The notes: a model not told the origin generated them from the letters alone. A stretch of DNA of 64,000 nucleotides from Bacteroidales bacterium (GCA_045600485.1 JAZRXX010000084.1:7449-71448); one strand, 5' to 3'. Shown: positions 43,278-52,294, counted from the stretch's first letter. Made by a program: numbers and translations.

Positions 43278-43285
43278 CAAATTTA
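43278..43285 (-). promoter_or_regulatory. Bacteroidetes-type -7 box TAnnTTTG (RsmI-like gene)
   Basis: The minus strand reads TAAATTTG, 21 nt upstream of ATG 43256. It is divergent from the next box. Confidence 0.45.
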
Positions 43286-43318
43286 GCTAAAAAATTTGGA
43301 AATGCGAAATATAATCCC

Positions 43319-43326
43319 TATTTTTG
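43319..43326 (+). promoter_or_regulatory. Bacteroidetes-type -7 box TAnnTTTG (RsmB/F-like gene)
   Basis: TATTTTTG, 48 nt upstream of ATG 43375. Confidence 0.45.
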
Positions 43327-43374
43327 CGCAAAAATTCACTTTTTTTATTCATCCAAGTACAAATTGACCTGAAT

Positions 43375-44778
43375 ATGGCGCTTCCAATAGCATTTATCGA
43401 TGATATGCGTCAGGTTCTTCCTGCCGACGAACTCGAGGCTTTTCTCCACGCACTTACCGATGGAGAACAACCGACCAGCATTCGTATCAATTCCTGCAAG
43501 GGGGATTTATCAGATTCCACTCTCCCATTTTCCATATCTTCACATGTTGGTTGGTGCTCTACTGGACGATATCTGTCCCAACGTCCACAGTTCACACTCG
43601 ATCCGTTGCTCCATGCCGGAGCATACTATGTTCAGGAGGCTTCGAGTCAGTTTATCACCCATGTAATCCGCCATATTCAGTCACTCCCTGATTCTGGTCT
43701 TGCGTCCGACAAACCTTGTACAGCGCTCGATCTTTGCGCCTCTCCAGGAGGCAAATCTACCGCCATACTCTCTGTTCTATCGACCGATTCCGTTTTGGTC
43801 AGCAACGAAATTGACCGCAAGCGTTCACGCATTCTGGCCGAAAACATACAGAAATGGGGCAACCCGAATGTATGTGTAACGGGCAATGCCCCAGCCGATT
43901 TCCGTCGCATCAAGGAGGCATTCGATCTGATAGTCACAGATGTGCCATGTTCTGGCGAAGGTATGTTCCGAAAGGATGCTGGCGCAATCGCAGAGTGGAA
44001 TCCCGCCAAGGTTCGTGAATGTGCAGCCCTGCAAAAACAGATTGTGAACGATATTTGGACCTGTCTCAAGCCTGGTGGCTATTTGATTTACAGCACTTGC
44101 ACATTCAATGTTCATGAAGACGAAGAGAATCTGCAATTCATCCACGACGAACTTGGTGGAGAGATCCTTCCAATCCCTACCCTTCCGGAGTGGCACGTTC
44201 ATCCCGCATTGACTGGCAGCTTCGCCCCTGATATCCGTCCGGAATCTGCTTGCCGTTTCATGCCGCATTACACACAGGGCGAAGGTCTCTTCATGGCATT
44301 GCTCCGCAAGCCGGCGACCGATAGCTGCAATTCGAGCAAAAAGAAACCGATCAATCTGCCAAAGAGCAAGCTTACCACCGATTGGGTAAACATCGACGGA
44401 ACAGTTCTGCAGAGCGCCGACGGAACATTAAATTTCATTCCAAATGCCTTGGTCGAGGTTTATCAGACCTTGGTCGAAAACAGACTCTATCTACTCTCTG
44501 CCGGTATCGAACTGGGCATACAAAAAGGCAAGGACCTTCAACCGGCCCATGCCTTAGCGCTATCTACGGCTTTGTGCCGCGATAAATTCGAGGTTGCGGA
44601 ACTGGATTTGGAGACAGCCCTGAACTATCTGCGTCGCGAAGCTATCGTCCTTCCTCCCGATGTAGCCCGAGGCTATGTCCTCCTTACCTACCAGAACCTC
44701 CCTCTCGGATTCGTCAAGAACATCGGCAACCGTAGCAATTCCCTCTATCCTACCGAGTGGAGAATCCGAAATCTGTGA
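43375..44778 (+). CDS. rRNA cytosine-C5 methyltransferase (RsmB/RsmF, NOL1/NOP2/Sun family)
   Basis: It has the motifs DLCASPGGKST, DVPCSGEGMFRK and YSTCTFN. ATG 43375 lies downstream of a promoter box. Confidence 0.8.
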   Translation: MALPIAFIDDMRQVLPADELEAFLHALTDGEQPTSIRINSCKGDLSDSTLPFSISSHVGWCSTGRYLSQRPQFTLDPLLHAGAYYVQEASSQFITHVIRHIQSLPDSGLASDKPCTALDLCASPGGKSTAILSVLSTDSVLVSNEIDRKRSRILAENIQKWGNPNVCVTGNAPADFRRIKEAFDLIVTDVPCSGEGMFRKDAGAIAEWNPAKVRECAALQKQIVNDIWTCLKPGGYLIYSTCTFNVHEDEENLQFIHDELGGEILPIPTLPEWHVHPALTGSFAPDIRPESACRFMPHYTQGEGLFMALLRKPATDSCNSSKKKPINLPKSKLTTDWVNIDGTVLQSADGTLNFIPNALVEVYQTLVENRLYLLSAGIELGIQKGKDLQPAHALALSTALCRDKFEVAELDLETALNYLRREAIVLPPDVARGYVLLTYQNLPLGFVKNIGNRSNSLYPTEWRIRNL

Positions 44779-44860
44779 CCTGATTATTCATATTATTGTC
44801 TTGGCCAAAGGCCTAATCTGGATAACACATCCTGATCCAGAAATTATTAGCTAACACCAC

Positions 44861-46051
44861 ATGCCGATCCCTTCCTCCTATCGTCCACATAACCCAGGTC
44901 ACGACTACTATGCCCCTGGCGTGTATCTTGTCACGCTGGTGGTAGGTAACCGTGATAGGCTACTTAGTTCCCTCAATATGGATATGAAGTCTCCCAATGT
45001 TCAAATGACCGAACTTGGAGAATTTCTTCATAACCAATGGGAGAAATCCGTTATCCTGCAAGAAAAGCACAGTAACAAGATCAAGATATTGTCACAGGTC
45101 TGCATGCCCGACCATTGGCATGGTGTGATTGAGGTCGAAGATAATATGAGTTGGAGCCTTGGTGACATAGTTCAAGCAGTGAAAGCTGCCTGTACCAGTC
45201 ATTGGCGCAAGTGTATCGGCTTCGTAGAACCGCCGATATCAGCCCAAATGATTAGGCACATGTCTCACGAAGAAAGACGGCTCTATTATGCCTCCATCCC
45301 ACGAAACCAGCGTCCACTCTTCGACGATGACTACGACGATACCATTTGCTTCCCGAAACTCAAGGACCAAGTCGAACATGAGCGACACAAAGCAGCCATG
45401 ATTAATTATGTGAACGACAATCCACGCAGGGCCATAGTGATGAAAACGTACCCCCAGTTCTTCGAACGGAGACTACATATCGCACTCAAGGTAAAAGATC
45501 TGGAAGGTAATATAATCACAAGAGATTATGCCGCCTTTGGCAACATTTACCTGTTGAGATGGGCCCGCAAAGTACAGGTCATGTGTCACCGAAAAGCTCG
45601 TTTCAGCATGCTGACTGAAGAGGAAAAGACAGCCAACGGCATTCATTTTCAAGCGCTCCCCAATGCCGTAACTGGCATCCCATACATAGAGACACAAGCT
45701 TACCGAACCCAACACGATGAACTGATCGCACAGGTCATGGCCGGCGCTACCGTAGTGGTTACTCCTGGCATTTCAGCTGGCGAGAAGGCAGTTAAGGAAG
45801 AATGCTTAGCGAAAGGTATTCCACTCATTCATCTGCAGAAGGAACCCATCGGAACGCTCTGGAAACCAGAACAGAAACGCTTTACTGCATGCCAAAACGG
45901 TATGCTCCTCATCCTTGCCCCATGGCATCCCGACAAACTTGAGTGTGTGAATGGTGTGCCACAAGACACCGAATACTCCATCTTCCATAACCTCAATGCC
46001 CTCGCCCACGAGATTTGTGAATGGAATGGCGAATCGGTTGTGAAGAGGTAA
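44861..46051 (+). CDS. HUH/Y1 (IS200-like, RAYT-like) transposase-domain protein with a C-terminal extension of about 190 aa
   Basis: The HUH motif is in MPDHWHGVIEV and a Tyr motif is in AMINYVNDNPRRA. I recognise no motif in the C-terminal half. Confidence 0.6.
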   Translation: MPIPSSYRPHNPGHDYYAPGVYLVTLVVGNRDRLLSSLNMDMKSPNVQMTELGEFLHNQWEKSVILQEKHSNKIKILSQVCMPDHWHGVIEVEDNMSWSLGDIVQAVKAACTSHWRKCIGFVEPPISAQMIRHMSHEERRLYYASIPRNQRPLFDDDYDDTICFPKLKDQVEHERHKAAMINYVNDNPRRAIVMKTYPQFFERRLHIALKVKDLEGNIITRDYAAFGNIYLLRWARKVQVMCHRKARFSMLTEEEKTANGIHFQALPNAVTGIPYIETQAYRTQHDELIAQVMAGATVVVTPGISAGEKAVKEECLAKGIPLIHLQKEPIGTLWKPEQKRFTACQNGMLLILAPWHPDKLECVNGVPQDTEYSIFHNLNALAHEICEWNGESVVKR

Positions 46052-46061
46052 AAATCAGACT

Positions 46062-46162
46062 ACAAAGCTTCGGAAAGCAACTTCACTATAGTAAAACTCA
46101 AAAACAAAGCTTTGGAAACCTACTTTACTATGGTGAAAGCCGAAAATAAGGCTTTGGAATAG
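46062..46162 (+). repeat. 2.4 copies of a 42-nt repeat, in frame with and directly after the HUH-protein stop codon
   Basis: The units start at 46062, 46104 and 46146 (ACAAAGCTTCGGAAAGCAACTTCACTATAG... / ACAAAGCTTTGGAAACCTACTTTACTATGG... / ATAAGGCTTTGGAATAG). The frame stays open from the TAA (46049-51) to a TAG at 46160-62. Confidence 0.85.
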
Positions 46163-46388
46163 AATTTACAAGAAAACAAAGAAATCCTTATTTATTATAT
46201 CGAACGCTAAATGAGCGAAAACAACGAATCCAGAGGTCAATAACCGGTGCATGGCAGAACGCGGATTGAACAAAAAAAGACCAAAATCAGGAAGACAAAT
46301 AGAATTCATCCAACTGAAAACTCAAAAACTATAAACTCAAAACCATTTCTGTGCTTTCCGTGGTCAATTATTTAGCGTCGCAGACATT

Positions 46389-46461
46389 CTACAGGGAATT
46401 TAGGAGAATTCCAGGGAATTCCTAACTATTGCTTCTTGTAATTCCTCTAAATTTCTTGTAG
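46389..46461. repeat. Imperfect 24-bp inverted repeat
   Basis: CTACAGGGAATTTAGGAGAATTCC (46389-46412) pairs with GTAATTCCTCTAAATTTCTTGTAG (46438-46461). 19 of 24 positions are complementary, plus 3 G-T pairs. Confidence 0.75.
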
Positions 46462-46520
46462 GTTTATTAAACAAAGCAATTTCGTGTTCATTTAGCCACA
46501 ATAGATATCTAACCGTACAG

Positions 46521-46578
46521 CTCAAAAAACTTTTGAGTTGAAATCTAATCATTCGATTCGAGTTCAAAAGTTTTTGAG
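46521..46578 (-). terminator. Long AT-rich imperfect inverted repeat just downstream of the rhomboid stop
   Basis: The arms are CTCAAAAAACTTTTGAGTTGAAATC (46521-45) and GATTCGAGTTCAAAAGTTTTTGAG (46555-78). They are about 80 percent complementary. Confidence 0.4.
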
Positions 46579-46584
46579 TAGGGA

Positions 46585-48057
46585 TCAGCAGCACTCTTCA
46601 CGATATCTGGCATACCACTCCAACCCGACTTCAAGAAGGAAACCTGCAACCAGTCCCGAAACGTGACCAGCCAGACTGACACCAGGAGAAAGGCTAAAGA
46701 GGATGTTCAAGATCATGATGATGAAAAGGAAGGTATATTCTCCGTTCAGCGCCTTACGGGCACTCTTATCAAGAAAAAGATAACGAGCAAGCAAAGATCC
46801 ATGCAAAGCGAAAACACCACCAGAAGCCCCCACCAATACAACTAAGTCAGACATAGCGCACCACAAACCGGCAACCATCATACCGACGAAATAGACCAAA
46901 AGAACACGCTTCAACCGAGATTTCTCCTCCATGCCATCGATCGACGGACGATACAAGCACAAAAAATAGAAGAACAATGTATTCGAAGCCAAATGTTCAA
47001 AGCCATCATGCAGGAAGCCATAGGTCAAAATGCGCCAATACTGGAAATGATCTAGGCCAAAAGGGTTAAAGACTGCGCCACAGTCAATCAACAACTGAAG
47101 GTTCGAACTCGAGGGATTATACCCTTGAAACAGCTCATACAAAAAACCTATCACCCAAGTAGCAGGAAGCGCCCAAGTAATAAAGTTGTTCTTATTGCAC
47201 ACAAAATCATAACACCGGACAAGTGGATGAGGTCCTCCGTCGACAAAGTCTGCAAACAGACACACAATCCAGACTATCGCAAACAAGAAGAACATCAGCA
47301 GGGGGATAAGCCACCACGCAGCTTCGCCTCGTTCCAAATCCTCTGGAGCCGCCAATTCCAACACCGTAAGACGGGAATCCTGAGTACGTTGCACAAATAC
47401 CGCATTCCGGCAGGTCTTTCCGACAAGCAAGTACTCTTGCAGGCCACTGGATGGTTTGACATTTTTCAGACAAAGGTTCCTCATCGGCAATTCATTCAGC
47501 ATTTTGTAATCATCGCCATCGGTGCGACTACCGATGCAGACATTCAAGACATTGTCCAAGGCGCAGATCTGATACAAAACGGTTTTCTCCGCGCGATTAC
47601 GTCCTCCCGAGATAAAGGAATCCCAAGCAGCACCGACATCATCCCGACGCAACAAGACACTATCCACAAAGATATAATCTGCACTCTGAATCTCTGCGAT
47701 ATTGCTCGTCTCAACCGAAGGCAGGTGGACCACCCTCAACATGGCATGCCTTAGACCGAAGGTCACATTCATCAGAACCATCGCAGCAATAACAAACACC
47801 AGAAAACGCAGGAACTGGCCCGCATGGTTACCTACTCTCCCCAGATCTCGCCACAACAGCAGCAAGATAAAGCCACCAAGCAATAGCGGAACTCCACATT
47901 GCAGATAGAGTTCATTGACCATGGAGAACAGATCGTATCTAAGATACAGATAATGAAACCCTGCCTGCAACAAGGCAAGTAGAGCAAGAACACAAATACA
48001 ATTCAAGGCAATACGCCACGCAACGGGCTTCGTAAGGGCTGTATCTTCTGTTGACAT
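46585..48057 (-). CDS. Rhomboid-family intramembrane serine protease with a long N-terminal membrane extension
   Basis: The C-terminal core has GASGGVFALHG (GxSG) and LAGHVSGLVAG (catalytic His helix). It is preceded by about 270 aa of additional TM/loop sequence. Confidence 0.75.
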   Translation of the reverse strand: MSTEDTALTKPVAWRIALNCICVLALLALLQAGFHYLYLRYDLFSMVNELYLQCGVPLLLGGFILLLLWRDLGRVGNHAGQFLRFLVFVIAAMVLMNVTFGLRHAMLRVVHLPSVETSNIAEIQSADYIFVDSVLLRRDDVGAAWDSFISGGRNRAEKTVLYQICALDNVLNVCIGSRTDGDDYKMLNELPMRNLCLKNVKPSSGLQEYLLVGKTCRNAVFVQRTQDSRLTVLELAAPEDLERGEAAWWLIPLLMFFLFAIVWIVCLFADFVDGGPHPLVRCYDFVCNKNNFITWALPATWVIGFLYELFQGYNPSSSNLQLLIDCGAVFNPFGLDHFQYWRILTYGFLHDGFEHLASNTLFFYFLCLYRPSIDGMEEKSRLKRVLLVYFVGMMVAGLWCAMSDLVVLVGASGGVFALHGSLLARYLFLDKSARKALNGEYTFLFIIMILNILFSLSPGVSLAGHVSGLVAGFLLEVGLEWYARYREECC

Positions 48058-48066
48058 ACTACTGTT

Positions 48067-48915
48067 TTAGCGTGAAAACTTAATCACTACCCAATTGTTA
48101 CGATTACGATGTTTTACATACGTGAGGCCGAGTGATTCGGCCTTTTCGCGTATCATAGGGACATCTTCTTCATAGAAGCCGCTCATGAGGAGGGTGGCAC
48201 CCTGATTCATATCGGCCACATAGGCAGGCATATCATTGAGCAGGACATTGCGATTAATGTTGGCCAATACAAGATCATAGGTCTGACCATTGCCCAACAA
48301 CGAGGCATCGCCGCACTCTACATGCACACGACCTGCCATATCGTTCATCAAGACATTATCGACGGCATTGGCAGCAACCCAGTCATCAATCTCGATAGCA
48401 CGGCACTGAGCACCCTTCATAGCACATGCAATGGCTAAGACACCAGTACCGGTTCCCATATCAAGCACGTTGACCGTCGTAGAGGCAGATTTTTCCTTTT
48501 TCCCTTCTCCTTTTTCTTTCTTCTCAATTTCTTGGAAGAAGTTCAGAATCTCTTCCAAGAGTTGCGAAGTAGTCTCATGATGTCCACTGCCGAACGACAT
48601 GTGTGGATGAATAGTGATTGTATCATCGCCAAAAGGAACCGGTGTCAATGCATTCTCCTCCTCCCATTGCTGATTCCAGTTCTGTGTCTCTACCTCCTGA
48701 GCGACCCATTGTACCGAAACATCGGGCAAAGGAAGCTCATTGATCAAGGTTTGCAACGCCTCGGTATCAAAAAGATTTTGTGGACAATAAGCCTTCAAGC
48801 AGTCCTCTTCGGTCGTGAAGCTGTCGAACCCAAGTTCGCCCAACAGTGACGCAAGGATATCTGCCACATCTTCGCTCATAGGGGTAGGCACTAACTTTAC
48901 TTCAATATAGTTCAT
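48067..48915 (-). CDS. prmA: Ribosomal protein L11 methyltransferase
   Basis: It has the SAM motif VLDMGTGTGVLAI and a PrmA-type N-terminal domain. I prefer the start at MNYIEVKL (48915). Confidence 0.85.
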   Translation of the reverse strand: MNYIEVKLVPTPMSEDVADILASLLGELGFDSFTTEEDCLKAYCPQNLFDTEALQTLINELPLPDVSVQWVAQEVETQNWNQQWEEENALTPVPFGDDTITIHPHMSFGSGHHETTSQLLEEILNFFQEIEKKEKGEGKKEKSASTTVNVLDMGTGTGVLAIACAMKGAQCRAIEIDDWVAANAVDNVLMNDMAGRVHVECGDASLLGNGQTYDLVLANINRNVLLNDMPAYVADMNQGATLLMSGFYEEDVPMIREKAESLGLTYVKHRNRNNWVVIKFSR

Positions 48916-49029
48916 ATTATTTGCTATTATTAGATAATTTTGTTGGACGAAAAGCGCTTTTTGTTGAAAAATAACTGACAAAAAAGGTTAATTTTCGTTT
49001 CCAATGCACAAAGATACAAATTATTGACT

Positions 49030-49037
49030 ATCTTTGT
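49030..49037 (+). promoter_or_regulatory. Bacteroidetes-type -7 box TAnnTTTG (low-complexity protein gene, leader of about 116 nt)
   Basis: TATCTTTG. Confidence 0.4.
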
Positions 49038-49153
49038 ACCGAAAATAGTCCGAAAAAGGCCTTGAACGGTAAAAATAATCCTGTTGGACCGCATTATTTA
49101 AACCCATCTTGGCAGATTCGGTCTTATAAGAAAAAAATTAAAAACATACAACT

Positions 49154-50494
49154 ATGAAAAAGATGATTACTGCAGGGTTGATTTTCGCACTCAGCCTCAT
49201 CTTCGTCCAAACCGGAATGGCACAGGACGACATTTACTACAAAAAGTCGGACGTTAAAAAGACGGTCTATAAAGAAACGGAACAGGAAACCTGGTCCACA
49301 TCAGCCAACGATGACTGGGATCTCGACACCTACAATCGCCGAGGCCCGAAAGCCGACAACCAGTACAGTTCTTCCGCTACTTTATCCTATCAGGATGAGT
49401 CCGCTTTGACTTCGGTTACTACAGCCGATGCCGACAATAGTGAGATCATGTATCTGCACGATACGGTTTACGTTGTTGATGCTTATTATTTCAGCAATCG
49501 CATCCGTCGATTCTACAACCCACACTTCAGCTATTGGGCAGTTTCTCCATGGTATGACGTAGCCTATTACGATCCTTTCTTCTGGGATTACAGCTACTAT
49601 GATCCATACTGGTACATGACTCCAAGTTTCGGATTCCACTACGGAAGCTGGTGGGGCAGCTGGAACTATGGCTACTACGATGGTTGGTATGGAGGTTGGT
49701 ATTCTCCTTATTATCATCCTCACCCACATTATTATCACAATGTCTGGGCTCATCATCACCATTATGGGCATCATCATCATGGACATCACTACGATTTCCA
49801 CAACAATCACCATTACCATGGTTCGCGCAACAATATGGGTGGCACTTACCGTAGCCGCACAAGCAGCAGCCGTGGCACAATGGCCAGTGCCAGCACCAAT
49901 CGCAGCTACTCTCGCAGCGGAGCAACAAGTACACGTTCCGGACAAGCAACGCGCAGTTCAAATCTGAGCACTCGCAACTCGAACATGAATTCACGTTCCG
50001 CTTCAACAACCGGTAGCCGTAGTGCATCGACAAGTCGCAGCACAGCAACGGCCAGCCGTGGGTCAAACCAGTCTTCATCTGCCAATCGAAGCTCAAGTGT
50101 TGCAACAAATTCTCGTGGTTCCTCTGCTTCGAGCAGTAGCCATAGTGCAAGCGCGACCAACCGCACAAGTGCTGTAACCAATAATCGCCAGGCAACTGCC
50201 AGCCGCAGTTCTCAGAACAGTTCTGCATCAAGCCGCAGCAGCGTCAATGGTTCACGTAGTTCAAGCAGCAGCTACAGTGGTTCCCGTAGCTCAAGCAACA
50301 GCTCGTCGAGCAGTTACAACAGTTCACGCAGCTCAAGCAGCAGTTCTTCGAGCAGCTACAGCAGTTCACGCAGCAGTTCTTCGAGCAGCTACAGCGGTGG
50401 CAGTTCACGCAGTTCCAGCAGCTATAGTGGAGGCGGTGCTTCTCGCAGTTCAAGCGGTGGTGGCGCTTCTCGTGGAGGTGGAGGACGCAGATAA
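49154..50494 (+). CDS. Secreted low-complexity protein: Tyr/Trp/His-rich core plus a Ser/Arg/Thr-rich tail
   Basis: It has a signal peptide (MKKMITAGLIFALSLIFVQTGMAQ), an aromatic YxWGxW-like region (HYGSWWGSWNYGYYDGWYGGWY) and a His block (HHHHYGHHHHGHHYDFHNNHHYH). The tail is about 220 aa of S/R/T/N-rich sequence ending in GGGASRGGGGRR. Confidence 0.6.
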   Translation: MKKMITAGLIFALSLIFVQTGMAQDDIYYKKSDVKKTVYKETEQETWSTSANDDWDLDTYNRRGPKADNQYSSSATLSYQDESALTSVTTADADNSEIMYLHDTVYVVDAYYFSNRIRRFYNPHFSYWAVSPWYDVAYYDPFFWDYSYYDPYWYMTPSFGFHYGSWWGSWNYGYYDGWYGGWYSPYYHPHPHYYHNVWAHHHHYGHHHHGHHYDFHNNHHYHGSRNNMGGTYRSRTSSSRGTMASASTNRSYSRSGATSTRSGQATRSSNLSTRNSNMNSRSASTTGSRSASTSRSTATASRGSNQSSSANRSSSVATNSRGSSASSSSHSASATNRTSAVTNNRQATASRSSQNSSASSRSSVNGSRSSSSSYSGSRSSSNSSSSSYNSSRSSSSSSSSSYSSSRSSSSSSYSGGSSRSSSSYSGGGASRSSSGGGASRGGGGRR

Positions 50495-50500
50495 TGCCTC

Positions 50501-50528
50501 ATAACTTATAACTTTTAACTAATAACTT
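50501..50528. repeat. Heptanucleotide tandem tract (ATAACTT)n
   Basis: ATAACTT ATAACTT TTAACTA ATAACTT, 18 nt upstream of the OMP gene ATG at 50547. Confidence 0.85.
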
Positions 50529-50546
50529 TTTCGAATAACATTCTCT

Positions 50547-52259
50547 ATGAGAAAATATATATTGCCTTTGGCTGGACTGGTTGTCCTGCCATTGAGCGCA
50601 CAGAATGTGGTAGATGCAAACCGTTTTGGTAGCCAGAACATTACAGGTACGGCTCGATACCGCGCTATGGGTGGTGCTTTCGGCGCTCTGGGTGGAGATC
50701 CATCTTGTATGACCGACAATCCTGCCGGCATGGGCATTTACCGTGGTACCAGTTCCATCTCGTTCACACCAAACCTATCGTTTGCCCATACGAATACTGA
50801 TGGTTCCGAAAAATCAAAGCAGAAGAAGGTGGATTGTTCTGTCAGCAACTTGGCTTATGTACTTTCGATCAAGACTCCCGGCGCAGACAATCTCGTTAAC
50901 TTCAACATCGGTGTTGGATTCAATCACAGCGAAGGATTGAGCCGCAAGTATAAAATGATTTTGGACTTACCTGTCAGCTCTTTTGGCGATTACTTGGCAA
51001 ACCGTGCCAACAATGCGCTTTGCAGCATGGGTAACTATAATAGTCCTGAAAAGATTTACGAGCTTGATTCCGAAGGTTACGCAACTACAGATACTTGGAA
51101 TGATTCCAGACTGCCACTTTCGACCGTCGCTGCCTTCGATTGCGATATCATCGACCATAATATCGTCAACGACAATGGAAAAGATATCTACGAGGGTGTA
51201 TTGAACCGCGACCGACGTTTTGACTTGCCGATCTACCAGCGTCTGCATGTAACCGAATTGAACCGCAACGATGAGTATAACCTCAACTTCTCGGCAAACT
51301 GGAACGATTTTATCTTCGCTGGTCTGACACTCTCGGTCAACGATTTCAACTCGACTATCGAAACCGAGTTTGACGAGGACTATGACTACAATTACAACGG
51401 AGAATTCTCTCAAATGCTCAACGAGTTGGAGACCAAAGGAACCGGATTCGGTGTTAAAGCCGGTATATTGCTGAAACCGACCGACACATGGCGCGTTGGT
51501 TTTGCTGCCCACACTCCTACCTGGTATCGTATGGAAGATATATTCTCGGTCTATGCCAATATCGGTCACGATGGAAATGTCGTAGATAGAGAGTCCTTAC
51601 GTCCAACTTACAACTACCGATACAAGTACTACTCGCCTTGGCAAATGCAGCTGAGTTCTGCTTGGGTGCTCGGTGGAAGAGCCTTGGTCAGCGCAGAAGT
51701 TGACATGAAAGATTTTTCTACACAGAAATATCGCTCTGTTGATAAGGATCAATGGGACAACGTCGATCCCAAAGAGTGGATGGACGATGTATTCAAGGAT
51801 TACCAGAAGTTGCAGTTTACCTACAAGGTCGGCGGCGAGTACAGAATGACAGATCACTTCAGCATCCGTGCAGGCTATGCCTTCAAGGGATCTCCCTACA
51901 AGAAGGATCTCTATGATAACCCCGAGGTTTCTCGTGGATGGTATGCTAACGACGGTTCCGCTTGGGGCGATGACAACACAGTCATCTTCGATAGTTCGAC
52001 CAAACCGAACTACAGTCTTTTGGGCAATCAGCAGTTCTTCTCTGCCGGTTGTGGCTGGAGTGGAGACTGGTGGCACATCGATCTTTCGTGCATGAACCGA
52101 CATATCCAGGAGAAGATTGCAGCGCACCCAACAACAGATGCTCTCTTCAGCGATGGAAAAATGTACAATGATTTGGCTTCTGGCGCTGTCAAAGCAACTC
52201 ATTGCGACATGAAGACAAACGTTCTTTCGTGGGATCTTACTATTGGCATGAGATTTTAA
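50547..52259 (+). CDS. Outer-membrane beta-barrel protein (FadL/OMPP1-like family candidate)
   Basis: It has a signal peptide and then ARYRAMGGAFGALGGDPSCMTDNPAGMGIY, which is typical of this OMP class. The C-terminus ends in an aromatic residue (MRF). Confidence 0.6.
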   Translation: MRKYILPLAGLVVLPLSAQNVVDANRFGSQNITGTARYRAMGGAFGALGGDPSCMTDNPAGMGIYRGTSSISFTPNLSFAHTNTDGSEKSKQKKVDCSVSNLAYVLSIKTPGADNLVNFNIGVGFNHSEGLSRKYKMILDLPVSSFGDYLANRANNALCSMGNYNSPEKIYELDSEGYATTDTWNDSRLPLSTVAAFDCDIIDHNIVNDNGKDIYEGVLNRDRRFDLPIYQRLHVTELNRNDEYNLNFSANWNDFIFAGLTLSVNDFNSTIETEFDEDYDYNYNGEFSQMLNELETKGTGFGVKAGILLKPTDTWRVGFAAHTPTWYRMEDIFSVYANIGHDGNVVDRESLRPTYNYRYKYYSPWQMQLSSAWVLGGRALVSAEVDMKDFSTQKYRSVDKDQWDNVDPKEWMDDVFKDYQKLQFTYKVGGEYRMTDHFSIRAGYAFKGSPYKKDLYDNPEVSRGWYANDGSAWGDDNTVIFDSSTKPNYSLLGNQQFFSAGCGWSGDWWHIDLSCMNRHIQEKIAAHPTTDALFSDGKMYNDLASGAVKATHCDMKTNVLSWDLTIGMRF

Positions 52260-52294
52260 AGACCCCCTCATTCCCCTGCTTAGGGGAGATTAGA

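Noticed and set aside
49382-50504. Multiple overlapping ORFs on both strands within the Ser-rich gene.
   Set aside because: They are low-complexity AGC/TCN repeat DNA that is open in several frames. Only the plus frame starting at 49154 has a signal peptide and a non-repetitive N-terminal domain.
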